A stretch of DNA of 64,000 nt from assembly GCF_009914755.1 (NCBI RefSeq), contig NC_060947.1; one strand, 5' to 3'. Position 1 is the stretch's first letter; each line of letters begins with the position of its first letter. This document shows, piece after piece, positions 14,867-34,530 of the stretch. The stretch is from the human T2T-CHM13v2.0 reference genome, Homo sapiens. The position numbers and the translations under genes are program-made. Below the pieces are notes generated by a model. That model did no database searches, was not told where the DNA came from, and worked only from the letters and a program-made list of their open reading frames with translations.

Positions 14867-15159
14867 GGCTGGACATGGTGGGTCACACTTGTAATCTCAA
14901 CACTTTGGGAGACCGAGGAAGGCAGATCACTTGAGGTCATGAGTTTAAGACCAACCTGGCCAACATGGCAAAACTCTGTCTCTACTGAAAATACAAAAAT
15001 TAACCAGGCATGGTGGCACATGCCTATAGTCCCAGCTACTCAGGAGGCTGAGGCAGGAGAATCACTTCAACCTGGGAGGTGGAGGTTGCAGTGAGCTGAG
15101 ATAGCACCACTACACTCCAGCTGGGTGACAAAGTGACACTCTGTCTCAAAAAAAAAAAA
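14867..15159 (+). mobile_element. AluS
   Basis: Alu dimer with A-rich linker and poly-A, inserted in the MST LTR. Confidence 0.95.
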
Positions 15160-18100
15160 GTTTTATTTTGGCTCATGGTTCTATATACTGTACAAGAATT
15201 AGCTGCTTCTAGTGAGGCCTGAACTATATTGCAAATACTCAAAAAAATGTTAAACACCATTTCTTACTTGACAGTGCTTCTTTTATGATTTTAACAAACC
15301 AAACAAGCCAATATGTTCTCCTGAATTTCCAACTACACTATTTAAAATGTCCAAAATATAGTTCAAGGTCAAAATAACTAAATTTATAGTTAAAAATTTG
15401 ATTTTGAGAAGTGTCTCTATTATAAAACATTTAAAACACTTGGTATCAAAATAAGAATAGTTTAAAACACTTTATCAGAATAAAATCAAAGGCCACTGTA
15501 AAATAAAAGTCATCTACTTAACCAAAGTGGTAATTCGAATGTTTCAAAATGGAAAAATCTTTACTTTTCGGTAGAGTGGAGAATCAGTTTTCCTCATAAT
15601 CAAAAGACCTAATAGACATAACATGAGACCAACGGAATCTGTCTCTTGCTGCCTTTTACTTTTTTTGCATTTTACTAAAAAGTTAAAAAAACACCCTCTA
15701 TTATTTTTTATTAATACTATACAAAAATATTGTGTAACAAATAAAATGAAATTTTACTTTTTTAACAATGTATTATTAATATAAAACCTAATATTAGCAA
15801 AACCTTATAATATGAATAGATCTATCATCTCAATTAAATTGATCACACACAATAAGATTGTTATAAAACTTTTACAACCTCTTATAATTTTTTTCCAACT
15901 TTCTGTATCCATCTTGTTTTATGCATCATTTTTATTGTGTCAATTTAAAACAACTCTTAAATAACCTTTAAACCAGGAAAATTACATTTTCTTTAACACA
16001 AACCACATTATTATGTCTTTCTTATAACTTTCCTTACTAAAAACACATCCTACTTTTCTTGTACACTTTGCATACAGAATTGAGTTTTTTCAATATTTAG
16101 TATTTTTAATTAAACCTATTAATTACAATTTTAACTCTTGATAACCCTAATGGCCAATGGGAAAATAAAAAAAAAATCTAGGAAGCAAGCAATTTAATGG
16201 TTACGTCTCAGGTGCAGAGCCCAGAAAAGAAGACAGAGCTGTGAAGACAATGGTTGGGGAATCTGACCCTACTCAGCATGGCCAATAGGCGTAGCTTGAC
16301 CATTGAGGACATATTTGGCTTAGCTCTAGCCTGTACTTGGAGGCCTAGGCACTCTGGACACACATATGTCTCAAGTCCTTACCACGGCCAGTTGTCTAGA
16401 CCTCAGAATCTGAAGGCTCAAACCAAAGTCACAAGCAAAGAAAATAAGCCAATGTCAAAAATATGACAAGAACAGCTGTTTTATGACCATAAACACTAAC
16501 AAAGAAAATATCAATTTGACCAGTAGACCCAGCCAGAAATACATAAAATTAAGTTTAATACTTACAATTCTGAAAACATTTCTATTTTGTTTTGATAGCA
16601 ATTTCAAAATTAACTTGATTTTAAAAAGATTACAAAGTCATGTAAACTTGAAAACTCTTTGGGCTAGTTATTTAATTTATGATTACTCATATAAGTCAAT
16701 GTAGACAATATATAGATATGTATACACATGTATACATAAAAATACAGACAGGCAAAATAAAAATCTTACACCTTTTATTTTAAATCTATAGCCATGAGAC
16801 ATGTACAATTTGCCATTTAAAAGGACAGTTGGCTTAAATTGCGAATCTATAAATGAAACAAGTTTGTCTGTTCCACATGGCCAGAGGCCTTACTGAGTTT
16901 GAGAAAAAAACAAGGTAGTAAATTTACATTTCAAAACACGGAAAGAGAATTTAAGGTTTTTAAAAGGAAGAACTTGAGTTTGTTAGTGGAAGAATAAAAA
17001 TGAATGATAAGATAAAACAAAATTATAGGAATTTAACATAGGACTTTATATGGAGATCCATTTCATTTGTATAGGTAGCTTCTAATTTAGTCTTCGTTTT
17101 GCAAACTGGACTAATGAGCTCAGAGTATAGTGCATCAATGAATAGCACACACCAAAAAACATTTTGTACTTATTAAGGCCTAATGTTTGTATATGGGAAA
17201 AACAGGCATTGCTGGAAGGGAGAACATCTAAATTCTTCAAACTCAAGGATTCCATTTTTTTACACTGAGTCCCAGGTCTCCAAAAGTGGGAAACACCGTA
17301 GGACTGAACCATGCAATGTTTCTACAGTGTACATCACTACAATAATGTTTTCCTGAGGCTGGTAAGTGACCAGTGCCAATTGTCCCATTCTGTGATCAGC
17401 CCGTTCATCACAAGAGTCTTATCCCACAGTGGTGAGTGTTTTCACAGCCTTCAAGTGTTCAAGCTGACCTTTGTTATCTAAACATACAAAAACAAAGAAT
17501 GAGTAGTGCTCCACAATAATAGCCATTCACTGCCAACAACTGCTGTTAGCCACCTTCAAAAATGTAACTGTTGCTAGTGACTTGCCAGCCATTGCATATA
17601 CAAAGGCCAAGTGCTCTCTCACAATACAAAGTAACTCCTCATACTCACAAAAGCCAAAGAAATTAGGTAATGCAGTGCCAAAGAGAGCAGAGCTTTCTAC
17701 CTATGAGGAACCTACACATGACTCCTGGGGCTCCACAAGGAAAAGAGGGGATCCCCAAAAGAGAATCTGTGGTGTCTTTCTTCTGTGTTCTTTGAGTGGT
17801 CTCAGAGTCATTCCTTGTAGACCTTTTCATGTGGTATTGAAGGATGCAAAACGGAAAGAGGAATAGAAATAAATGGGAGAACAAGTCTTAAAAGGGCCAG
17901 TTGAAGATTTTTAGCTTTCCAAAGGCCAATAAAATTTTACATTTATTTTTTTTTAGCAGAAATCATTCCAACAAAAAAGGGAGCAAACAGAGGGACCTAA
18001 ACATATAATGAAAAGGGTATTTAGGTGACTAAAAAAAAAAATTCCCAAAACAGGATTTAAAAAACAAAAGAATCAGAAAGGCCATTTGAAAAAAAAAAAG

Positions 18101-18180
18101 AAATTATGACCTGAATACTAGCTTTTGATTAAGCTGACTTCTTGACTACAGAGCTATTTAAAAATATCTTTTCAAATTTC

Positions 18181-18290
18181 ACTAAAAACAAAAACCATAT
18201 GATTATCTCAATAAATGCAGAAAAGGCTTTTGATATAATTCAATATCACTTCATGTTAAAAACACTCAACAAAGTAGGCATTGAAGGAAA
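18181..18290 (+). mobile_element. 110-bp internal L1 ORF2 (RT N-terminal) fragment
   Basis: Encodes [35 protein letters not shown]; no poly-A and no TSD; embedded in ERV internal sequence. Confidence 0.9.
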
Positions 18291-18545
18291 TGTTTCTTCT
18301 TCCAAGTTAAAAAACTTATATCTGCAGATACTGGTTTTCTGACTGAAAATTAAACCCAAATCACAACAGTGAAAATGCATGATCTAATTTCTAGACTATA
18401 TGTAGTGTAGAGTGCCTCTTTTCTAAGTCCCACAGGGAATCTGAGGCAGATAGTTTGAATGTACAAAGGATTTTAACTTTGTTTTAGGTCTAACTTTTGC
18501 TCTTTAATTCCATCAAGAGAATTTCTAAGACTGGCCATGATACAA

Positions 18546-18839
<294 letters not shown>

Positions 18840-20065
18840 AGCCATGACATTGTTATGCATCTTTCTTTTAATTTGATTGTCCAATAAATACAAATAAAGC
18901 ATTTGTATAGAATAATAGATCTCTAAAGTCTTTCTTTTTAAAAAATTTAAGAGTCTTCATACTTCAAAGGAGACATTTTGGCCACTGATGATTAGAACTT
19001 CCAGTGGTGCGCTTATTTCAATAGCAACTCAATTCAATACATGTCTTAATGGAAAGTGCAGGAGGTAATTTTCCAAGTACAGAATAAGTTTTTACTATAT
19101 AACAAAGAGGTGTTCCTGGAGGGGGCATAAAAGAGGCGGTTCCAATAATCTCCTAATAATTCACTCTCAGAAATAGGCTAAGATAGAAAAAGCCTCTTGT
19201 TGTCACAGATGGTTAAGTATGGTATTTGTGAGTGTCATTCCTTCAGTACTTTACAAATTTGTGGGAAGCTTACAGTTACAGACCCATTAATTTGATGCCT
19301 GGTAGGCCCTCTTGGGATTAGACTTTCCCAGGAGTAATCAGGCAAAAATGATTGAGCTGACAGAAGCCCCTTATGGATGGGACGTCTTAAGACAGACTCC
19401 CTTGAGACACTAGCACATTCAGAGCAAAGAGGGTGCTGCTTAAAATCTCAGATGTCTCAGGTTCCCAGCCATATTACAGACTTACCACTAGACTTCACCC
19501 CAAAGTCACACCCCATAAATGATGGAGACTAGAAAAGCGTTCTCCCACTTGATTACTAGTCAAGCTCTCAGTGACATAGAACAAGAGAGGGGAAGCTCAT
19601 CTGGTTTTTATTTTGGGGACCTACAACAAGTTTGTCTAAATAGACTCTGGTGTGGTCAGAAACACAAAACTGACCAGTGTGCAGGGTCAGCTTGAAAAAT
19701 GCGTTAATGGAGGTTTTAAGCCTATGTTTTACCCTATGATACTTCTCTTTGACATAACAAGACAGAAAAAGACAAAGGAAAACAATATTTCTAGGAGGAA
19801 AAGTATCAGCTAATATGAATACTTAGAGCAAAAACTAAAACAGAAGAACTATATCTGATACTAGTCACGCAAATAGTTTTCTTCCATTAATCATAATTTT
19901 GGAGAGGAAAAAGTGAAAAACAGTGAGTTTTACCATGAACTCAACCAGATTCCACAGAGCTAGAGGCTAATGACCTGATTGGTAAAACTTTTTTGCACTT
20001 CTGCTGGCTTGTCAGGCCTTGGGTTTTCTTCACTGTGGCTTTCGGAAGGGTGGAGTAGTTTTGGT

Positions 20066-20083
20066 ATACTGCTCACAGTGCCA
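20066..20083 (-). promoter_or_regulatory. ERV primer-binding site matching tRNA-Ser(CGA)
   Basis: Plus strand atactgctcacagtgcca matches 16/18 of the recalled tRNA-Ser(CGA) 3' end atcctgctcacagcgCCA; it lies 4 nt from the LTR edge. Confidence 0.75.
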
Positions 20084-20087
20084 AAAC

Positions 20088-20674
20088 TGTAGGGGCGAAG
20101 CAAAACTTTCCTTTAGTCCTCTGGAGGGTCACTGAAAAACAACTGACAAAAGCAGATAAATAGAAGAAAAGTCACATAAATTTATTATGGTACATGGGAG
20201 GAAAAATACAGAGTGATTACCCCACCACACAATACGGTACAGGGGCTTATAAACCCTACTTGTTAGGAGAAAAAGAAATGGGAATGAAGTTTGGATGATT
20301 TTACGGGAGTAGTCACTGATTTTTAGGGCAATTTAAAGGGTTTGAAGAACATGCAATGGCCTAAGACAAAGTTTGTTGGATCCACAGATCAGACAATCAT
20401 TTGTGACATATTTGTCCAGGTGTGTTGACAGACTTCAGTATTTCTACCTGTGATATAATTTCAGTTAATAAAAACTCAGGGACACAACCTGAGGTAATGT
20501 TTATCTGGGCTTCAGTCAGATAAGGAAACTTCGGAGAACAACTTTATCTTGTGTTTTTGTGGAGACAGATAATTGAGAAACAGGATGGGGGGAATGTCAG
20601 AGAGGCCTTGAGGGTTCTTCAGTTCAGCATGTCAAAGTGCCAACTTTTTGAGTATTGGTTTCTCAGCCCTGACC
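20088..20674 (-). mobile_element. MER4-group ERV1 5' LTR (MER31/MER67-like)
   Basis: Reverse complement begins '...cagggctgagaaaccaatactcaaaaagttggcactttgacatgctgaactgaagaa' and ends 'cctaca'; aataaa signal present; abuts the PBS. Confidence 0.75.
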
Positions 20675-20759
20675 TATGTCAACCAACATTTTCTAAAATT
20701 TTTCAGGGAAATTTCTTTCAGATTTTAAAAATATATTATATCAAAAAGGGAATGATTAG

Positions 20760-21061
<302 letters not shown>

Positions 21062-21646
21062 TAAGAAATATATAAACTTAATTAATTCTGGTTTAATTTC
21101 CTTAAATTGGCTGAGTTTTAAAACACACTATTTTTTTACTTATTCACATGTTGTATAAACTATGTTTTTGATAATTTATTTTTTTTAAAAATATATATTT
21201 GTGTGTATAAATTGAGTTTAACTCTGTTATGTTTATTAATTTAAATAAATAAAGCATTTTTTAATATTCTGTCCACTTCTTAGATGTATGATTTTCAAGG
21301 AAGGACTTACTGCTGAAACTTTTATGAGTAATAATATTAGTGAGAAAAAAAACAGCTTCAAACTCCTATCAGGAGAATGGTTTTAAAGAAACATGGAAAA
21401 TTGAGCTACTGATGTGATAATTTGTCAAATAATGCACAGTATTTTGCAAAAGGTCAGGATTTAGTAGAGTCTCCATTATCTCAAGTTTAGAAAATCTATC
21501 GAGAAGAAAATCTGTGATCATCTTCTATTTTTACATAATTTAGTAATACTTTCAAACTTTTAGCTTGATTTCTTGATAACTGAACTATATAGTGGTGGGA
21601 GATATAGCTTTGCAAAATATTTAAGTTCTAGAATAAGCAGTTATGC

Positions 21647-21725
21647 ACCAGTGTATCCCAAACATTAAAATGAATGCAGGGGAATCTGTTAAAATTTAGA
21701 TATCTGGGCCCCATCCCAAAGTTTT
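21647..21725. mobile_element. MER5-like hAT-Charlie fragment
   Basis: 'ggggaatctgttaaaatttagatatctgggccccatccca' resembles the MER5A core. Confidence 0.5.
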
Positions 21726-22756
21726 TCTTACTATTTTTTCTGTGTATAATTTCTTATAATTAGTAGTGAGTAAATTTCAGTTGGCAAGATCAGATGTGCA
21801 AGAAGTGTCACATTATTTACTCTAGTACAATGTGGTTTCTGACTCTACACACCAATTCAATGCATTTTTCTCTGAGGTCTGGCAGCTTAGGTTTTGGTCT
21901 CTGCTGCATCAAAATCACAAACAGTTCTGTAATCTTTCTGGGTTTTTTCTTTTCTGTATTTCAGGTGCAAAATAAGTTTTAATTTAGGTAAAGAACATTT
22001 CTTTCACTTTTTTACCAGGACATTTTGCCTATGCTCTTGACTCTGCTCTAGCTGATGACTTTTTTCTTCCACCTGGCCACATATACTCCCTAAGGCAGTA
22101 TACCCTAACTTCAACTTGTGTCAATAGTTATATGTTAAGGAGTATTTTATGGAGAAAGAAGCAAACAAAGGCAAGTACCTCAAAATATTATCTCAAACAC
22201 TTATTTCAAAGGTTTACTTTGTATTTTTCATTGTTTTGTGTGATATGTTGTAGAACAAAAAAGTAAAGTATGTGTTCAATGATTTCAAAGGTTCTAAATG
22301 TACTGAAAAAAATGCAACTGGCATCATTTTTAGGAAACATGAAACCTAAATATGTACTCAGACTATTATTACTATGTTTGAGAATTGAGTGTCCATAAGA
22401 ATTCATAACAACTGTGGGAGACCCACTGTCACCTGGTACGGAGTTTGTAAGGGTTAGTAGATTATTTCCTCATATTATTTCCCGATGAACGAGTGCACAG
22501 GTCAAACATGCATACAGAGCAAATTCTAGAACTGTTTATTGATGAAAGCAAGTCCACTCTTTTTCTTCTCTATAGATAATTACCAAAATATCCACAAATA
22601 TAATTGAGAAGATGAATGAGATTCTGTAGGCCATGCTTGGAAATCTTTAGAAAAAATATATAATAAATGGTCTCTCATATATATATATATATATTTTCAA
22701 AATTCAAGGAATAGATATTTTATTCTCTTTGACCCTCTGTGATTCTCTCGTCTCTC

Positions 22757-28270
<5,514 letters not shown>

Positions 28271-28844
28271 ACTCTCTCATCTCTTAATATACAGTATATC
28301 TTTAAAGCACCACAGAATCTTGATAATTCTCAGAACAATCTTTGTTGGATGCAAAAATATATAGTTCCTAAGTCCATGCTAAGAATCACTACCAATATAA
28401 GAATGAATTCACTAGTTATTTTATTAATTATCAAATTAGCAACTACAATATAGGATTAGTATGTTTAATTTAAGCAATAAAAAGCAGAATTTGTAAAGGC
28501 ATGTCTATAGAATACAAACTGAAGTTTAAATTTTTACTTTTCTCAATACCTAACTTTTATAATTCATCTAAAAGAGTAACATTGCCATCTTATGGTCTGC
28601 TGTTGAAGTAACTTTAAATATGTAAAGAAAACTGATGAATCCTAACTCGTAATAACTATGTGATTTTTTTCATATTTCAAATTATTCACAGACATAAAAA
28701 GGTAAATTAGAGGACTAGATATTCTGGCATTTATTTAGTAACATATGGCACTTAGTAGCACAGAGTATCAGCACTTTAATAATCAACATATATTCTAAAT
28801 ATTAAAAATGTCATTTTAAGAAATACTATTCATATTTTTATGTA

Positions 28845-28965
28845 ATACTAGGTATCACTTATGAGGACACCCAGACACAGGGAAGTTGAATGACATGTAT
28901 GGAGCCACAAAGGTCATAAGTGGCAGATCAGGGATTTGAAAAAAGACCACTCTGATAACAAAGAG
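28845..28965. mobile_element. MIR fragment
   Basis: MIR core-like 'agggaagttgaatgac...agtggcagatcagggatttgaa'. Confidence 0.6.
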
Positions 28966-29036
28966 CATGTTCACAAAGGGTACATTACACTGTTTAGCTC
29001 TACCAATGGATTAAAAATGGCACAGTCTATTAAAGA

Positions 29037-29230
29037 TAATGATAGCTAATATTTACTGAGTACATTGTATTTTAACTTGTGCTAAACACTTTTCACACTT
29101 TATCTCATTTAATTCTTAGCTTTTGTAAATGAGGATCCCAAAGAGGTCAAGTGCCTTGCTCAAAGTCACACAGCTAGCAATTTTAAAATCATAATAGCAA
29201 GCTAGGATTACTGAATCCAGAATCTAAACC
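29037..29230. mobile_element. MIR
   Basis: 'atagctaatatttactgag...atctcatttaattc...gaggtcaagtgccttgctcaaagtcacacagctag'. Confidence 0.8.
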
Positions 29231-29248
29231 TCACTTAAAATCTATATA

Positions 29249-29678
<430 letters not shown>

Positions 29679-29689
29679 TTAGTATTCTT

Positions 29690-30310
29690 TCTCCTCCTCT
29701 AACTTCTTTGGTCTCCTTTGAAATCTTATCTGCCTCTGAACAACCATTAAATATTGAATGAATCAATATCCCTAGGATTCATTGTCTTCTATCGTTTTCT
29801 CTTTTCTTAAACAATCTCATCCATGACCAAAACTTCAATTACTGCAGTAGGCAGATGACTTCTAAATGTATACAAATAATGCTGAACATTTTTCTGAATC
29901 TAGAACTGTGCATTTCATTGCCTATTTTTATTTCCTCTTGAATGCTTTAATACATCGCATACATAACACTCGCAAGGCCAAATTAATGATGTTCATCTCC
30001 AAGCCTCATCTTTTTCTAGGGTTACTTACCTCAGTGAATAACACAACTGTACATGCATTTTTTGATGCCAGAAACTAAGAAGTAGTTTTTAACCCATTGT
30101 TTTATTTCTCTCATATCAAGTTCATTATTATGTCCTAATATTTTTACTTATTAAATATCATTCAAATATGCCCAATCCTTTTTCTCTGGCACAAACACCT
30201 AAGCCTAAACCTTCCATAATTTTTTATCTGGGCCTTGGAAATCACCTGCTCTGTTTCAGTATTTACTCTTGTTCCCTTTAAATCTCTTATGCACGCTGAA
30301 GTGAGGTATT
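29690..30310 (+). mobile_element. L2 fragment
   Basis: Degenerate L2 3' region ('gcagatgacttctaaat', 'ctcagtgaataacaca', 'ccagaaact'). Confidence 0.6.
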
Positions 30311-30364
30311 TATTTATTTGTAAGCTTTTACTTAAGTTTATATACAGAAAAGTGCATCAATAAG

Positions 30365-31920
30365 TGTTATAGAGTAAATGGTGTTCATCTATAATTCATA
30401 TGTTGACACCCTAAATCCCAATATGACTGCATTTGGAGACAGGTTTTTTGGAGGTAATTAGGGTTAAATTAGGTCTTATGGGTGGGGCCATAATTCAATA
30501 ATATTGATTTTCCCATAAGAGAATGAGACACCAACTGTCTTTCTTTATCTCTGTGTTCACTGAGAAAATGTTATGTGAGGACACATTGAGAAGGCAGCCA
30601 TTTTCAAGCCAGGAATAGATGCCTTCTAAGAAACCAGCCCTACAGCCACCTCAGTTTTGAACGCCTATCACCTAGAACTGTGAGAAAATTAATTTCTGCT
30701 GTTTAAGTGACCCAAACTGTGGTAGGTTGTTACGGCTGCCCCAGCTGACTGATATAGATCTGGGTACTGTGAATAAGGGTGCTGTGGTAACAAATACCTA
30801 AAAATATGAAAATAACTTTGGAACTGGTTGATGGGTAAAGGCTAAAATAATATATTTCTCAAAATAGATAAAACCTAGATTATCACAAATAAATTATTGG
30901 TAAAAATATGTGTGTTAAAGACAATTCTGCTGAGGGCTCAGGAAGAACTTAGAAGAGTTAGAGAAGTATCTACTATTATCTTAGAGAATTATATATTACC
31001 ATGAACAGAATGTTGATAGAAACATGAACATTAAAAGTGCTTTTGGTGAATTAACAGGTGGAAATGGAGGAACATGCTTTTGAAAACTGGAGGAAAGGTG
31101 ATCCTTGTTATAAAGTGACAAAGAGCTTAGTTGAACTGTATTTTAGTCTTTTATGGAAGGTAGAACTCATGACTAAAGAGTCTGAATACTTAACTGAGAA
31201 GAACTTTTAAGCAAAATGTTAATGTTTTGGCCTGACTTCTCCTTTCTGCTTATAGTAATTGTGAGAGGAGATAAATAAATTTAAGTAAGAAGAAACCAGA
31301 ATTTGAAGATTTGAAAAATTATTGGCCTATTCTTATTTCAAAAAATAAAAAAGCATGTTACAGATAAAATACCAAGGGTATAATCACTCCATTAAGAGAT
31401 TATCCATTATTCTAATCAGACATCTCAGCAGAGGCCAGGAGTAGAGATGTGATTATAACAGCAAATATACTCCCAGTTTAAACTAAAGGTGACATAGAAA
31501 ACAAGATGAAATGAAGGAAGTCTATTGGACTTCTGAAATTTTACAGTATGAGACAATAGGGCTATCCACCTGAGAACACACGTGATCCTTCATGTAAAGA
31601 GAAAAATGACACTGAAGGGAATTTATGTGTCATTTTGGTTTTCACTGCCAGCATAAACCTAGAGCATACAAGACCGGGGGAATGACTATTTTCTCGTTAG
31701 TCACAGAGTGTGGAAATACCTTCTCAGTTCACCAGGCCAGGATTATGCTACCCAGTTCCTCAATGGAAAGGCCACCCCACAGAGCCATGTGAAGAAGGCC
31801 TCATCACAGTCAAAGGGGTGTGTCCATGGTGCAGATCCAGTGGGGCTAGGTCCGTGTCTAGGGCCATTGAGGTGACACCACCAGAGGAGGAAGCATCCAG
31901 CCACAAAAGATAATTCTTGA
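30365..31920 (+). mobile_element. MLT1 (A/B-like) LTR 30365-~30756 plus MLT1-int, ending at the Ricksha insertion
   Basis: 'aattcatatgttgacaccctaa...tagaactgtgagaaaattaatttctg' LTR, followed by 'gggtactgtgaataagggtgctgtggtaacaaatacctaaaaat' MaLR internal start. Confidence 0.85.
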
Positions 31921-32138
31921 GGGTTTGGATCATAATCCAAAACAACACAATCCCCAATGTTAAAATTCTAAAAAATCAAAATTGCCAAAGTATAATTCCT
32001 AAAGTCTAAAATTCCTAACATCTAAAATCCCCCAAATCACAACAACAAGATGGTTACCTCATGTTAAGCGAAACTATTACCCTGTTATTGTTTTTATTTG
32101 GAAATTATGTATGGCTTAAATATATGCATATGAATGAA

Positions 32139-32566
32139 TGTGGACTTAATTTTAGGTGTCAACTTGACTAGATTAAGTGATATCTAGATACCTGGTAAAG
32201 CATTATGTTGGGTGTGTCTGTGAGGGTGTTTGCAGAGAAGATCCCCTTGAGAGTCTGAGTGAATTAGATGCAGAAGATCTACTAACCATATTGTCAGGCA
32301 CCATCCAATTGGCTGGATGCTTGGTGAGAGCAAATACAGAAGGCAGATTGTACTTCAAAATTTACACAGGCGATTCCTCCATGTCCTGAGCTTTTTGGCC
32401 TGAGCAATGCTACCAGAGAGCATCCAAGATTCCCCAACTTGCAGATGGCCTGTTGTGGGAATTCTCAGTCACTGTAATCACATGAGCCAATTCCCCTAAT
32501 AAATCATCTCTCATATGTCTATGTAAATACCTGATTGGTTCTGTGTTTCTGGAGAAACTTAACACA
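32139..32566 (+). mobile_element. MLT2B-like ERVL LTR carried inside Ricksha
   Basis: 'ttaattttaggtgtcaacttgactagattaag...gggtgtgtctgtgagggtgttt...taataaa...gattggttctgtgtttctggagaa'. Confidence 0.85.
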
Positions 32567-32619
32567 GACTTGGTATTGGGCAACCCAAATATTACTCCTT
32601 CTTACTGTATTTCTTACTA

Positions 32620-34065
32620 CACAGTAGAAGAGATCTTTAAAATTCTTCCTTGGCAAAAGGCTGTGATAAGTTAAATGTAAAAGTATACTTAGTGGTGAAA
32701 GATAAGAGTTTAAAAGCTAATTATAATTGGTGTTACAAAAGCAGAAAATCACTTAATTGTGACAGTCAAGCAATAATCAGAATTTCAAATAGACAACATA
32801 TAAATTTTGTAGACCATAACCACTCTCAAAATACAAGTGGAATGAGTGTTTTGAATATCAAATAAGTAAAAGTACTGGTAATAAATAGAAAAAAACTTCC
32901 AAGTTATTCAATTATGTATGAATTCTGACTTTTCATGAATATTGCCATGTTTGCCTTCAAAAAACAACTTTCAACAGACAATAAAAAGAATTCAACAAAC
33001 TCAGCAAACTTCTGAACAAAAACCACCTGCTGATATTGAAGTTCCTCCAGTGTTATAAGACACATTAAATGATGAACTATTATGGATTAAGGATTTGGCT
33101 ATCAAAGAAGATAAGCTTATATTTACTACTAGATTTAACGTAGAAAAACTAGTACATCCTTTACTTTGGCTAATGGATGGCACTTTCCAAACTCTCTTTA
33201 CTGTTTTTTTAATCAGCTAGGTACAATTTCTCTGTTGGATCAGAAAAAAAATGAGAACTTATTTACTTGTTTATATATCAATGACTGGAAAAAGTGAAGC
33301 AGTTTGTAGATGCTTATTTGAACATTTGGTTCAGTTGAATCGCCTAACCTTAATGATGGATTTGTAATTAGGTGTGATCAAGACTTCTTAAGTGAATTTC
33401 AAGGTATTACCAATATTTTGGTGTTTTTCCATTACCAATATTTTGTTTTACCAATATTTTATAGTACCAATATTTCCAGTGCATTCGGTGGAAAATTCAG
33501 ATGAGTGGATTAGCCACATGATATGGCAAGGACAAAATTTTCAGTTTAAAAGTGCATCTTTTTTTTTTTTTTTTTTTTGGATTGGTATTTCTTTCAGCTG
33601 ATGCCATTCCAGAAGCTTTTAATGAATTAAAGCCACATATGCCTGAAGAAGACCGTAAAGTTACTGACTGTTTCAGAAATAATTTTGTGCATGATAGGAT
33701 AGAACAACGCTTAGGCAAAAGTGCTCCTGTTTGATTACCAGTATTGTTTCCATCAAATTTGTGGTCTGTGTGTAAGTACATTGGGAATAAATTTTCACAT
33801 ACCCAAAACAACATAGAAGCATGGCAGTGAAGATAGGAAAATTGCATAGGGAATGCTCATGTCAGTATACATCAAATCACAGAATTATTTCAGAAAGAGC
33901 AGCACTACATGGAAAATGAATTTAAATGTATTCTTCAAGGAGAGTCATGTCTAAAAGGAAAAATAAGCTATCCATTGTGATGCAAGACTTAAAAAATATA
34001 GTTAATAATTTTGAAATTTGGCTAGCTCTTATTAACCACATCTGTGTGATTGCCCAAAATCTATC
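32620..34065 (+). pseudogene. Degenerate Mutator-like (FLYWCH-like + MULE DDE) transposase
   Basis: YNWC...C...HNH zinc-finger-like N-terminus (ORF 32650-32865); WLMDGTF (D 33176), LMMD (D 33359), C-F-H region ~33422, LFPSNLWSV, TQNNIEAW (E 33816); multiple stops and frameshifts. Confidence 0.85.
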
Positions 34066-34414
34066 CTGCATTTTTATATGTCAAATTTCCTCTTCAGTTT
34101 TTTTACTTTAGTTTTTTGCATTTTAAATTGTCAGATTATTATTTAGAATTCGGTATGCTATGTATTTCATCTTTGCATTATTTCCAATGTTGGAGGTATA
34201 AATTGTGAAACGACTTTTAGAGTGTTCTAATTTGTTTTATGCATTTCTTTTTACAAATCTGACTCTATAGAAAGTGCATTATTACAAGGTTGACTTTGTG
34301 TATAAGCATTGTGTGCATATGTAAAAATATTGAAACTTCCTCAATAAATGAGATATTTTCATACATATGTATTTGTGAAAAATTAAATTTCTTGAAATCT
34401 TGACTCTATGGGCA

Positions 34415-34530
34415 GGGTGGGGTTTCACTATGATTCTCCAGGCTGGCCTCAAACTCCTTGGCTCAAGGGATTCTATTGCCTCAACCTCTTGAGTACCAGA
34501 GAATAAAGGTGCATGCCACTCCAGACAGCA
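34415..34530 (-). mobile_element. FLAM/Alu left monomer inside Ricksha
   Basis: 'ggggtttcactatg...caggctggcctcaaactcc..ggctcaag'. Confidence 0.75.

Larger units (their letters stand above)
13048..15222 (-). mobile_element. MSTB-like MaLR provirus: LTR ~13048-13443, MST-int 13444-14800, truncated LTR 14801-~15222
   Basis: 'tgttgctataa...atacctga.gct' LTR end seen twice; MaLR internal sequence (minus ORF 14158-14352 MAWLFLTAY...). Confidence 0.85.

Noticed and set aside
20066-20083. tRNA-Ser gene fragment
   Set aside because: Only the 18-nt 3' end including CCA, positioned at an LTR edge; it is a PBS.
31940-32040. Short spaced repeats (aaaatt/ccc) as a CRISPR-like array
   Set aside because: They are Ricksha subterminal repeats mirrored at the right end; eukaryotic context, no cas genes.
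32650-34111. Domesticated MULE/FLYWCH gene
   Set aside because: Many stops, frameshifts, a poly-T expansion and retained TIRs indicate neutral decay.
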